Shown here one piece after another: positions 49,201 to 58,236 of a stretch of DNA of 64,000 bases; position 1 is the first letter of the stretch, and each line of letters opens with the position of its first letter. Position numbers and translations under genes: made by a program. Under the pieces are notes generated by a model that did no database searches, was not told the DNA's origin, and was given only the letters and a program-made list of their open reading frames with translations. Source of the DNA: Christensenellales bacterium (GTDB taxonomy: Bacteria; Bacillota; Clostridia; Christensenellales; JBMNTQ01); the NCBI GenBank assembly GCA_050945835.1, contig JBMNTR010000014.1, positions 6,080-70,079 on the forward strand, written 5' to 3'.

Positions 49201-49809
49201 CTATCCTTTTCCTGCCATCCATTGATGCCCGCAATTCAGGCAAGTTATCCGTACCTTCTTTGCGCCGATGTTGCCGCCGGCCAGCCCCAATGGCCCGGCG
49301 ATTGCCGCCCCCACCACAGCCTTTCCAACGCCAAAACCCTTTTTATCTGCGCTGATTGACGTTGATCTGCATTTAGGGCACCTCGGGATGTTTCCTTCAT
49401 TTTGCGCAGAGGCATTGATTCCTTTAATTTTTTCCCGAGCCTGGGTCATTTTTGCTTCTTCTTCGGCGAATTGTTGCTCGCTCAGTTCCGCTAGCCACTT
49501 TTCATCTCCCACTTCCTGCCGGCGCTTTATGCTTGATTTCACCGAGTTTGTTGTTTTCGTTGCAAACGCACTTGGGCCAACCCCGGCGAGAGTTTGAACT
49601 GATTTGGCGGCACAAGGCTGACACATATAGCCATCAGACAGCATGAATCGCTTGTTTCCCTTAAAGCCCGTAGGCTCTCCGCATATGCTGCAGTTTGTTC
49701 GGGTGTAGAACAGCTTTGAATTTTGCGCTATCACCAATATTACAAACAATGCAACTATACCTACAACGACGAGCAAAACTATCACGTTGCAACACCCCTC
49801 ATATACCAT
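49201..49809 (-). CDS. membrane protein with two zinc ribbons, one split by a glycine-zipper segment
   Basis: N-terminal TM helix (VIVLLVVVGIVALFVILVI). CSIC...CQPC ribbon. C-terminal CPKC-(GFGVGKAVVGAAIAGPLGLAGGNIG)-CLNC ribbon. Confidence 0.65.
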   Translation of the reverse strand: MVYEGCCNVIVLLVVVGIVALFVILVIAQNSKLFYTRTNCSICGEPTGFKGNKRFMLSDGYMCQPCAAKSVQTLAGVGPSAFATKTTNSVKSSIKRRQEVGDEKWLAELSEQQFAEEEAKMTQAREKIKGINASAQNEGNIPRCPKCRSTSISADKKGFGVGKAVVGAAIAGPLGLAGGNIGAKKVRITCLNCGHQWMAGKG

Positions 49810-49911
49810 ATTATACCTTTATCTTACAATGACATCACGACAGCCGTCAACTGCGTTTCTTCGCTATCTTCGCCAAAAACGCCGCATCGCGCGCGAAGGG
49901 ACAAGCCCGCC

Positions 49912-50127
49912 TTAGTCGGCGGGCTTGTCTTTGGGGCGTTCTTGAAGTGAATTCCGGCACAGTGCATCAAGCGTTATGCCCAAGGCATCAGCCAGCTTGA
50001 TAGCCGTGGATACACGGCAGTCCCCGCGTCGCTCTACATCTTCGATTGTGCGGACAGGTACGTCGCTCAAGTGGAAGAGAGCAGGAACGCTTAATCCTCG
50101 CTTAATACGATAGGATTTCAGGTTCAT
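49912..50127 (-). CDS. XRE-family helix-turn-helix transcriptional regulator
   Basis: 71 aa. IKRGLSVPALFHLSDVPVRTIEDVERRGDCRVSTAIKLADALGITLDAL is a classic HTH_3 pattern. Coupled 3 nt after the upstream ORF's stop. Confidence 0.85.
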   Translation of the reverse strand: MNLKSYRIKRGLSVPALFHLSDVPVRTIEDVERRGDCRVSTAIKLADALGITLDALCRNSLQERPKDKPAD

Positions 50128-50130
50128 GAC

Positions 50131-50430
50131 TCATCGTCCTTTCGCAGTATTTTGATACACAGCCGGATAAGGTACGCGCAAAGAATAATCGATACAACGG
50201 ATAGCACTGTCGAGAGTATTTGCAACCACAGCATGACTTATGGACATTGGGAGATAGGAATGATATGCTTTTTTAAGAGCAGGGGGCTTGCGCCTCCTGC
50301 CCCAGGGCTTCGCTAACCATTGGATGATTCGGTCTGGCAGGTTGATCAGTCCGGTGATTAACGCGAGGATTGCGGTGATCAATGCGAGTTTTGCGATTTA
50401 CTGATCATCGCGTTTCCTTGTCTTCCCCAA
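50131..50430 (-). pseudogene. small membrane-protein ORF interrupted by an in-frame TAA after codon 10
   Basis: GGAGG lies 9 nt before TTG 50430. Encodes MGKTRKRDDQ, TAA (50400-50398), then the same frame continues IAKLALITAILALITGLINLPDR... for 89 more codons to 50131 (83 of them in the ORF-track ORF from TTG 50382). Confidence 0.5.
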
Positions 50431-50457
50431 TGTCCTCCACCTCCTTTCTATTGTTTA

Positions 50458-50487
50458 ATTATGCCACGCGAAAACGTGGCGTGCTAA
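50458..50487 (-). promoter_or_regulatory. candidate promoter with embedded inverted-repeat operator for the small-ORF/XRE operon
   Basis: Minus strand: TTAGCA, 18-nt spacer, CATAAT. The spacer is filled by the palindrome GCCACG-N6-CGTGGC (50463-50480). Confidence 0.45.
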
Positions 50488-50776
50488 GAGGTTTATGAAA
50501 AAAGTTTAAATTATTTTTGAGCCGCAGGGCTCTTTTTATTTATGCAAAAACATGATTGAGTGGGGGGTGATGCATGATGGCAAATGAATGAACGGATAAG
50601 CGGCGGAAATTCATAGATGAATATCTGATTGATTGTTATGCGACAAGGGCATACAAGGCCGCAGAGGTACGGCTGTTTTACGGGCAGGAAACTACCTCTT
50701 GCATCACACGGTCGAAATACCACAACGTGTGGCAATCGAAGGCACAAGCCGCCAAAGTAGTGATTGGTCGCGACGA

Positions 50777-52637
50777 ATTTTAATCCGCGCGCTCCTGCGG
50801 AGAGCGACCAGAGATGACAAAGCAGGTCGACATCAGGATAGAAGATTTCAATCCACGCTCTCCGTGCGGAGAGCGACCTTTCTTCAGTTGTATAAGGCGG
50901 GGGTGGGTGCCGATTTCAATCCACGCTCTCCGTGCGGAGAGCGACTCTCCCGTACAGATATCAAGCATCTCCCGATGAATGCATTTCAATCCACGCTCTC
51001 CGTGCGGAGAGCGACTTTTTTGCGTTTAAACAGCCATTTAAGCCCTCTTATTTCAATCCACGCTCTCCGTGCGGAGAGCGACGGGCAGAAGTGGATGTTG
51101 TTATCGCGTGGCGTTCCAATTTCAATCCACGCTCTCCGTGCGGAGAGCGACGCCGCACGATCTGCGCGGATGTTTCCGGCGTGACATTTCAATCCACGCT
51201 CTCCGTGCGGAGAGCGACGGCAGATAGCTATATTTTGCCGTTTAAAGAGCGGGCATTTCAATCCACGCTCTCCGTGCGGAGAGCGACCCCGGCGACTCAT
51301 TTACAGTGCCCGGATTGCAAATTTCAATCCACGCTCTCCGTGCGGAGAGCGACCGCTAAGCAGCAGGAAACACGGGATGATAGAGAGCATTTCAATCCAC
51401 GCTCTCCGTGCGGAGAGCGACTTTAACCCCGTTGATGAGGTTTTGCAGGTAAACATTTCAATCCACGCTCTCCGTGCGGAGAGCGACCACAGACCAGGGC
51501 AAGGTGGACGGGATCAGCACATTTCAATCCACGCTCTCCGTGCGGAGAGCGACGCGCAGGAGCAGCTGGCAGATTTACAAGGCAAATTATTTCAATCCAC
51601 GCTCTCCGTGCGGAGAGCGACGCAAAAAGAAGGGCACCTATAGAACCATACAAAAATTTCAATCCACGCTCTCCGTGCGGAGAGCGACGTCTGCCCTCAA
51701 AATGGCGTTCATGTCAATTTGGATTTCAATCCACGCTCTCCGTGCGGAGAGCGACTACAGAGGGTTTTATTTTGCCCCATCCCCTAATAATTTCAATCCA
51801 CGCTCTCCGTGCGGAGAGCGACCGCGTTGGTTTTAATCAATAGTGTGTTGGTTTAAATTTCAATCCACGCTCTCCGTGCGGAGAGCGACGCACGATCTGG
51901 TCGTCTGTCCACTCATCGGCATCCATTTCAATCCACGCTCTCCGTGCGGAGAGCGACCGGCGAAGACATATACATAAGATTCGGGGCTGTCCCATTTCAA
52001 TCCACGCTCTCCGTGCGGAGAGCGACCTATATCCCGCTGCACACTTATGACTTTGTTTTGATTTCAATCCACGCTCTCCGTGCGGAGAGCGACTTCACTG
52101 ATCCGATCTTTCGCTGCAACGAACGGCATTTCAATCCACGCTCTCCGTGCGGAGAGCGACGACAAGGATCTAAAATGCCGTGGACACCAGTATGATTTCA
52201 ATCCACGCTCTCCGTGCGGAGAGCGACCACGATTGAGAACGGGAAGGCCGCCGGGAACTTTTTATTTCAATCCACGCTCTCCGTGCGGAGAGCGACCATT
52301 TAAGAGGTCATTTTTATTAAAATATTAGGAGATTTCAATCCACGCTCTCCGTGCGGAGAGCGACTCGGTTTCGCCCTCCGGCACATCGCGCGCATCGCGA
52401 TTTCAATCCACGCTCTCCGTGCGGAGAGCGACCGCGTGCAGATCAACACGCACGCTTCTTTATTCGCATTTCAATCCACGCTCTCCGTGCGGAGAGCGAC
52501 CAGGATTCACGAAGCCAAATTCGCGCAAACTGGCTTATTTCAATCCACGCTCTCCGTGCGGAGAGCGACTCTGGATCATCCAGCACATGGTCAAGTAAAT
52601 CCGAATTTCAATCCACGCTCTCCGTGCGGAGAGCGAC
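50777..52637 (-). CRISPR. type I-C CRISPR array: 28 repeats (27 canonical 33-nt plus 1 degenerate terminal), 27 unique spacers of 33-37 nt
   Basis: Minus-strand repeat GTCGCTCTCCGCACGGAGAGCGTGGATTGAAAT, with a 7-bp stem and the ATTGAAAT tail typical of I-C. I located every repeat by hand (first at 50777-50808, degenerate; last at 52605-52637, next to the leader). Confidence 0.97.
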
Positions 52638-52950
52638 TCCAAATATAAACAAATTTTTATCGATATATTGTGCTTTTCATCCTCCTTTCTTAAGTCCTTG
52701 CTTCAAAATCCGGAATCTAGCTTGTTTTTTATCGATACACCATATGAATATGGTGCGAAGCCTGCATGCAATCATGTGTGCTTCCGCTTCGCACCCAGGC
52801 CGCACCAAAGGCGTGTTGCCCAAACCGCTACAGTTCTTGCGTGACATCCGTACCAAGGCACAGACCACAGCGCACTTTTACGCATTTGGATGTCGTTCCC
52901 ACGAAAAAGATACGCAGAGATGCAGACGCTTTCACTCATGCACCGACACA
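52638..52950 (-). promoter_or_regulatory. CRISPR leader
   Basis: AT-rich at the repeat-proximal end, between cas2 and the first repeat. Contains two TTTTTATCGATA motifs and a CACCATA-N3-TATGGTG palindrome. Confidence 0.7.
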
Positions 52951-53241
52951 CTAAACCATGAGCACGCCCTCCGGCTCATAACTCGCTTTTATCCCGAAAT
53001 GCTCGATCTTTGTCTCATAATTCTTCCCTAAATAATAAAAACGCAGGCTGTCTTTTGTTTCATCCATAATGCCTCGCAGTCTGTGTTGAAGCATTCTCGC
53101 CTGGCCTGTGTCCAGAAGGCACTCGAAAACACTTCCCTGGACACGCTGCCCATAGTTGACGCATTGTTTTGCGATCAACCGCAGGCGCCGCCTGCCTTCT
53201 GCATCCTGTGTATTCACATCATACGTGATGAGCACGAGCAT
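52951..53241 (-). CDS. cas2: CRISPR-associated endoribonuclease Cas2
   Basis: MLVLITYDV...RLRLIAKQCVNYGQRVQGSVFEC, 96 aa. Confidence 0.93.
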   Translation of the reverse strand: MLVLITYDVNTQDAEGRRRLRLIAKQCVNYGQRVQGSVFECLLDTGQARMLQHRLRGIMDETKDSLRFYYLGKNYETKIEHFGIKASYEPEGVLMV

Positions 53242-53251
53242 ATTCCAACAC

Positions 53252-54283
53252 CTACTTCCATAAAAACGGTGCATATCCGTCCAAATCGTTTCTCAAATGC
53301 CTTGCAAGGAGCAGAGATTGCACATAAGGAACCAGCCCCCACGGCATCTTTTCCTTCAGGAACGGATGGGTGATCGTTTCCCTTTTGCGCTCCTGCCAAG
53401 CCCTGATCAGCGCTTTTCTGCCCTCATCCGTCATGATAACCGCCCCGCTTTCCCTTTCCATAAAATCCTTGGGCTTTATCATTCTGTTATTGATCAGTGT
53501 CAGTACAAAGCGGTCGGCAAAACATGGACGCAATTCCTCCATTAAATCCAGGGCAAGAGAGGAGCGGCCCGGACGGTCGCAATGCAAAAACCCCACATAA
53601 GAATCCAACCCTACCGCCTCAAGTGCTGCGGCACAGTCATTCGACAACAAGGAATAGGCAAAGGAAAGCAGCGCATTCATCTTGTCCAGCGGCGGCCGCC
53701 TGCTTCGCCTGCGAAAGAAAAACGCCTCTTTATCGTTCAATATCATTTCATCGAGCGCAGTAAAATAGACCGACGCCGTCTCGCCCTCCAGCCCGCGCAA
53801 AGACTCCAGTTCCTCAACCTTCTGAATCACACTCAGCGCATTTTGAAGGAATAAAGAAGCGCGTTGCAATTTTTCACCGTCCACCCGCAAGCCATGGTCG
53901 CGAAGCGTGCGTTCAATGCTCCAGCGCGCATTGTGCACTTTCCCGAATATCATGTTGCGTGCGATACGACAGCTCGCGGCGCGGTCGTCCGCAAGGCGGT
54001 ACTGTGTTCTTCTCAAGAGCACGTTCCCGTTGGATCTTCCCATCGTCCGCGCCAGAAAACGGCCATTCGGCGTGCAAAAAGCCAAGCTTATGTTTTGCCG
54101 TGCACACGCGCCCATAAGCGCCGGGCTCGCACCCGCATAGGAGAACAGGACGATGTTCTCCAGGGTATGAAGCGGAAACCGCGCCATTTCTTCGCGCTCC
54201 CGCTGAATGACCACGTTTTCTCCATCCAGACTGACATACGCATCGACAGTGGTCACAAAAAGCGTGTTGAGAAGCTTTCTCAT
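53252..54283 (-). CDS. cas1: CRISPR-associated integrase Cas1 (I-C type)
   Basis: 343 aa. LNTLFVTT start, conserved Cas1 acidic/His motifs (FCTPNGRF, NALLSFAYSLL, GFLH). ATGA overlap with cas4. Confidence 0.95.
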   Translation of the reverse strand: MRKLLNTLFVTTVDAYVSLDGENVVIQREREEMARFPLHTLENIVLFSYAGASPALMGACARQNISLAFCTPNGRFLARTMGRSNGNVLLRRTQYRLADDRAASCRIARNMIFGKVHNARWSIERTLRDHGLRVDGEKLQRASLFLQNALSVIQKVEELESLRGLEGETASVYFTALDEMILNDKEAFFFRRRSRRPPLDKMNALLSFAYSLLSNDCAAALEAVGLDSYVGFLHCDRPGRSSLALDLMEELRPCFADRFVLTLINNRMIKPKDFMERESGAVIMTDEGRKALIRAWQERKRETITHPFLKEKMPWGLVPYVQSLLLARHLRNDLDGYAPFLWK

Positions 54284-54930
54284 GAGTGAGCCTCCATATA
54301 TACCTTCACGGAACGCTTTTGCATGAGTGCGGGCAGGCAGAGCTCCTTAAGGGAGCACGCGTTGCAGGCTTTGGAACGTTTGACCAAAGGCGTATGCCCA
54401 CGCTGATACAGCGTGTGCATTTCCTTTAACGCCGATTGAACCTCTTGCCTGAGCTCATCCGCAAATTCCACCGAACAACGGCGTTTTGTGGTGCCGTAGA
54501 ACAAAGCCCCGCGCGGTATTGAGCAGCACAGCATTTCTTCAAGACACAGCGCCTGCGCGCAAAGCTGGGCGGCGTCGCAGTTATTTTCTTTTGGCTCGCC
54601 GCGCTTATACTCCACAGGAAAAGGCTTCCATAGCCCGTCCTGGCCGTTTATGGCGATTCCCGAAAGGTCACGGTGGAATTCCACCACATCACATTTTCCC
54701 GACAACCCCAAGCGCCTGGAATGCACACTCATACCGCGCACGATGAGCGTATCTCCGCGCTTTTCGCTGAAGCCTTCGTCGTGGGCGCGCGCATGCATCC
54801 ATTCCCCGTCCACCGTATGCAGATTCTCCGCCCAGAGGTTTTCGATGTGTATCAGCGCCCATTGGCGGCGACAGAATAAAAAATGCTGCACACCGGATAA
54901 TTGCAGAAAATCCTCTTCACGGTATGTCAT
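54280..54930 (-). CDS. cas4: CRISPR-associated exonuclease Cas4
   Basis: RecB-like nuclease with N-terminal Cys (FLFC) and C-terminal CNACSLKELC cluster. ATG 54930 overlaps the cas7 TGA (ATGA). Confidence 0.92.
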   Translation of the reverse strand: MTYREEDFLQLSGVQHFLFCRRQWALIHIENLWAENLHTVDGEWMHARAHDEGFSEKRGDTLIVRGMSVHSRRLGLSGKCDVVEFHRDLSGIAINGQDGLWKPFPVEYKRGEPKENNCDAAQLCAQALCLEEMLCCSIPRGALFYGTTKRRCSVEFADELRQEVQSALKEMHTLYQRGHTPLVKRSKACNACSLKELCLPALMQKRSVKVYMEAHS

Positions 54931-55817
54931 TGCCCCATTTGCGTGCATGTCACGCCTTCGGGTATGGCAGCCCTATCCACCGCGACTTCGTAGTCGCCAT
55001 AGCTGCGCGCGGCCTGGACACCCTCTTTGCGCTTCACCTGCACCGTATCGAACAACCTATAGGCGGGCGCATTTCCAAGCTCGGAATCATGCTTGAATAC
55101 GATCAGCTCACGCACCGCCATTTTCCCTCTGGCCGCGGAGCGGTCATGTTCAAACATATTGAGTATCGCTTCAAAGAGCAGATCGAGATCGGCCTGGGAA
55201 AATCCGGTTACCTTTCGGGCGAGGTTCGCCGAAATATAGCCCTCACAGCGATACAGCCCGTAGGGTACGATGTGTTTGCGCCCCATTTCAGTGCCTTTTT
55301 TCTTGGCGTCCTCCTCTGTGGTGATGGCGACGCGGGTGATGGTCACCTCCTGCGGTATGATGGGGTCTATGGAGCGCGCAAATCCAAGCTGTACAGGGCC
55401 GCGAACCTGTCCGCAATTGAGCGCGGCTTTTACAAACGTGGTCATCACCGCACCAAACGTACGGATATCGTAAAAATTTTCACACATGAAATCCCTGATC
55501 TTTTTATCCAGTTCGTCGCCGGCCTTTTTCCCTTTCGCGGTTTTTGCGTCCACACCCACATAGGCATACGCCTCTTCGTCGCTTCTGTTGAGCGGAACAT
55601 TCTCCTTGATATAGATCCGTTTTCCGCTTTCGCCCTCGCACGCGGTCTCCACATAATTTCTGATTTTCCTCTTCAGACACACATCGCTGACAAGCCCCAA
55701 ATTGGTTTCCGGATCGATCCGGGGCATATTGCCTGCATCCGGATCCCCGTTTGGGTTTCCGTTTTCCACATCAAACAGAATGACGAATTCATAGCGGTTT
55801 TTAATCGGCTCCGGCAT
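54927..55817 (-). CDS. cas7: type I-C Cascade backbone subunit Cas7c (Csd2)
   Basis: MPEPIKNRYEFVILFDVENGNPNGDPDAGNMPR is the Csd2 N-terminal signature. ATG 55817 follows AAGGAGGAG. The upstream part of the ORF-track ORF is read-through. Confidence 0.93.
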   Translation of the reverse strand: MPEPIKNRYEFVILFDVENGNPNGDPDAGNMPRIDPETNLGLVSDVCLKRKIRNYVETACEGESGKRIYIKENVPLNRSDEEAYAYVGVDAKTAKGKKAGDELDKKIRDFMCENFYDIRTFGAVMTTFVKAALNCGQVRGPVQLGFARSIDPIIPQEVTITRVAITTEEDAKKKGTEMGRKHIVPYGLYRCEGYISANLARKVTGFSQADLDLLFEAILNMFEHDRSAARGKMAVRELIVFKHDSELGNAPAYRLFDTVQVKRKEGVQAARSYGDYEVAVDRAAIPEGVTCTQMGQ

Positions 55818-57567
55818 ATTCAATCTCCTCCTTTTTCGGTTCGGCACCGTTCTTCTTCTGGTAGCGCTTCTGGGTCTGATGGTAATAGCCAAGCTGAAAG
55901 ATCCCCTGATCATACAGATCGTGATACGCGGGATAGCTTTTTGTGATCGCACGGGTGAGCTCTCCGATTTGTTTGGCGTAATACGTTTTGATGCCGCCAT
56001 CCAGCTTGCGCAGATGCTTGCCCGCTAAGCCCATGACCATAGGGAAAATCACGGCCGGCGTTGCGCAGGCGGAGGTGAAATATTTGTCATGAATGGTTGA
56101 AACACCGCTCGCTTTGTCCTGCACTTCCACCAACACCGCAAACAAGCGCCCTAGGATATAGGGCTGGTATGTCGTCTGTTCGTTTAATTCCACCCATAAA
56201 ACCTCCTTATAATCTTTGTGCTCTGCATTTTTGAGAAGATACCCCTTTATGATGGCCGCGCGCCCCCGGCTGACCGTTCGCTCCGCACGTATGCGCAGTT
56301 GTGTCTGCTGATACAGCGTGGCGGGGTAGCGCCCGCCCGTCAGTACGGCCCTAAGCGTATCGCCCGCCATCTGCGGCGAGGGCGATTTATCGGTTGATTT
56401 TTCATTGATGGTCTCGCGCAGAAGCGCCCAGAGCGGTATGTTTTCGAATTTGCTACGGTGGTCTTTTGCGATGCGTATGCGCTCATAATGCTCTTGCAGA
56501 TGCCGGACGATGTTGGAAAAATCATCACGAAGAAAGAACCGCACGGATAATCTCGCCGCGTTCGGTGCCAGCGCAAGCACATAAAAGCAGTTAGTGGGCA
56601 GCAGCGGAATCCCCTCCCAGTTTGCGACGCCACCTTTGGCCACCACCGCCATCAAATCATCGAGATCCTGATCGGATATTACATCGTCGTTTCTGTCCAT
56701 AAACTGTGTGAAAGCGTCCTGATAGCTTCGTTCTGCGCCCTGAGCCCAGTAGACGACGGTCGAATCCCCGATGCGTTTGGTGTGCTTTCTATCGGCGAGC
56801 AGATGGTTGAGCGCCGCCGTATAGGCGAAGGCTGCGTATTTGCCCATGGGGGCGTTATGGCTTTGCTCCCGCTCAAAGGAGCAGTACGCGGGCGCGTTGA
56901 AGGCTACGAGCGCCGCACCGCTGGATTGCGCCCCGAAAACACCCTTGATGGATGGGTGAACCGCTTCGGGTACAAAGGGGTTTCCTGTCACCAGGCAGGG
57001 CATTTTTTCGCCTCCTTTATCGCGCTCATAATATGCTTGCCAGCCTTTTTTGATCTCCGGATCCTGCTGCGCGTAGCCATCCCTGAAGAAAAAAACGATG
57101 TTGGCGCCGCTTTCAAAGTCCTCCATGTATTCCGAAAACATGGGGTGTTCCCTTGCGATTGCAACATCCCACTGCTCAAAAAAAGAGCAGACGGCTTTTG
57201 CACACGGGTTGTGTGATCCCATCTTCGCCAGCAGTGCATGATGCAGCTTCTTTGCAGCTTCAAAGCAGCTAAGGGCTCTTTCCGGCTTGTCTGGATCTCC
57301 AATTCCCAGAAAATAGGCGGCGTTGTCACACAAGAAATTCGCGGTGATGCCCACCGTTCTTTTGACCCCCGCGGGAAGCTCCATATCGCGGGCTACCATC
57401 CGCTTTCCGTCCGCCGTGGGTGTTTTCAGCGGCAAAACAGCGCGTAATCGCCCCTCTTCGTCGATGTGCAGTGCGTAGGATGCCTTCCCTTTCTCCCACC
57501 CCGGACGGGCGATCTGCCCTTGGGATGCCAGCGCCTCATAATGCGCCACCAAAGCTTGCAATATCAT
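55801..57567 (-). CDS. cas8c: type I-C Cascade large subunit Cas8c (Csd1)
   Basis: MILQALVAHYE... start, about 588 aa, positioned between cas5 and cas7. ATGA overlap with the cas5 stop. Confidence 0.9.
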   Translation of the reverse strand: MILQALVAHYEALASQGQIARPGWEKGKASYALHIDEEGRLRAVLPLKTPTADGKRMVARDMELPAGVKRTVGITANFLCDNAAYFLGIGDPDKPERALSCFEAAKKLHHALLAKMGSHNPCAKAVCSFFEQWDVAIAREHPMFSEYMEDFESGANIVFFFRDGYAQQDPEIKKGWQAYYERDKGGEKMPCLVTGNPFVPEAVHPSIKGVFGAQSSGAALVAFNAPAYCSFEREQSHNAPMGKYAAFAYTAALNHLLADRKHTKRIGDSTVVYWAQGAERSYQDAFTQFMDRNDDVISDQDLDDLMAVVAKGGVANWEGIPLLPTNCFYVLALAPNAARLSVRFFLRDDFSNIVRHLQEHYERIRIAKDHRSKFENIPLWALLRETINEKSTDKSPSPQMAGDTLRAVLTGGRYPATLYQQTQLRIRAERTVSRGRAAIIKGYLLKNAEHKDYKEVLWVELNEQTTYQPYILGRLFAVLVEVQDKASGVSTIHDKYFTSACATPAVIFPMVMGLAGKHLRKLDGGIKTYYAKQIGELTRAITKSYPAYHDLYDQGIFQLGYYHQTQKRYQKKNGAEPKKEEIEYAGAD

Positions 57568-58223
57568 CGGTACACCTCGCAATCCCGAACATCCAGCACG
57601 CCTTTTTCCAGATAGCCCCGGAAGAACATGGGTGTGATGTTGCTGCTGTCGCTGTAGTCCATATCAAAAAGCATAAACCCAAGATCGATATCCCGATCGG
57701 GATAAGCGGTGGGGACGCTTGCATCCTCCCATCTTCTGAAATGTGCGGGGAATTCGCGGCACCCGAAACACGGCTGATGATAGCACTGCCCCTTTTGCAG
57801 CCTTCGGCGTATGATATCGCTGAATTTCCCCTGATTGTCGGCACCGGACGCCTGATCGCTCATTTCAAAGTGCGCTTCGATCACATAGCGCACATCCCTT
57901 AGAGCCATCATGGCCCTCTGCTGGATATCGTTGGAGGTGCTGATAAAGAGGGGGCTATGATCGCCTTTCATGGCGCGGCTGACATTTCTTGCGGATATTT
58001 TGGATTTCACTTCATTGCGGCGTATGTTGGTAAAAGCGATGGGATTCAGCACATAGATCTTATCGATGCGCCATTTCATTCCGGGATGCCAATAGATCGC
58101 CTCCAGCAGGCCGCGTGCCGCCGAGGGCGGCATCACATCATAGCTCACACGTTCAACTTTCATCTCGGGTCTTGTAAAGCAGGCGTAACCGCCCCATACC
58201 TCCACCCTTACGGCCATTTTCAT
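57564..58223 (-). CDS. cas5: type I-C pre-crRNA endoribonuclease Cas5c (Cas5d)
   Basis: VEVWGGYACFTRPEMKVERVSYDVMPPSAARGLLEAIYWHP is the Cas5d signature. Confidence 0.93.
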   Translation of the reverse strand: MKMAVRVEVWGGYACFTRPEMKVERVSYDVMPPSAARGLLEAIYWHPGMKWRIDKIYVLNPIAFTNIRRNEVKSKISARNVSRAMKGDHSPLFISTSNDIQQRAMMALRDVRYVIEAHFEMSDQASGADNQGKFSDIIRRRLQKGQCYHQPCFGCREFPAHFRRWEDASVPTAYPDRDIDLGFMLFDMDYSDSSNITPMFFRGYLEKGVLDVRDCEVYR

Positions 58224-58236
58224 AACTCCCCTTCCT

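Noticed and set aside
49900-49929. Perfect 12-bp-stem hairpin (GACAAGCCCGCC-N6-GGCGGGCTTGTC) overlapping the XRE gene stop codon.
   Set aside because: It is probably a terminator-like element for the XRE operon, but no U-run follows directly on the minus strand. This is too ambiguous for a separate call.
49912-50430. The layout of a small ORF followed by an HTH gene, considered as an anti-CRISPR (acr-aca) operon beside the I-C array.
   Set aside because: The upstream ORF is hydrophobic and basic with a TM helix, and it is interrupted by a stop. Known Acr proteins are usually small, soluble and acidic. I keep this only as an alternative to test.
50709-50741. Possible further decayed repeat at the expected about 68-bp phase before the terminal repeat (AATACCACAACGTGTGG...).
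   Set aside because: Only scattered identities (CCAC, CGTG) with the consensus. The similarity is indistinguishable from chance without a statistical alignment.
52677-52868. 63-aa minus-strand ORF inside the CRISPR leader, ending in a GGAGG-like sequence.
   Set aside because: Cys/Arg-rich with no recognisable family and no SD at its start. It occupies the leader between cas2 and repeat 1, and I cannot support it as coding.
50633-53031. Chain of ORFs on both strands with recurring peptides such as NPRSPCGER, SIHALRAESD and FQSTLSVRRAT.
   Set aside because: They are translations of the 33-nt CRISPR repeat in different frames, not genes.
55801-56370. Internal Cas11c small-subunit start within the 3' part of cas8c, as reported for other I-C systems.
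   Set aside because: The only in-frame Met in the expected region (MAGDTLRAV...) has no visible SD and would give about 189 aa, larger than the small subunit as I remember it. I cannot place it from sequence alone.
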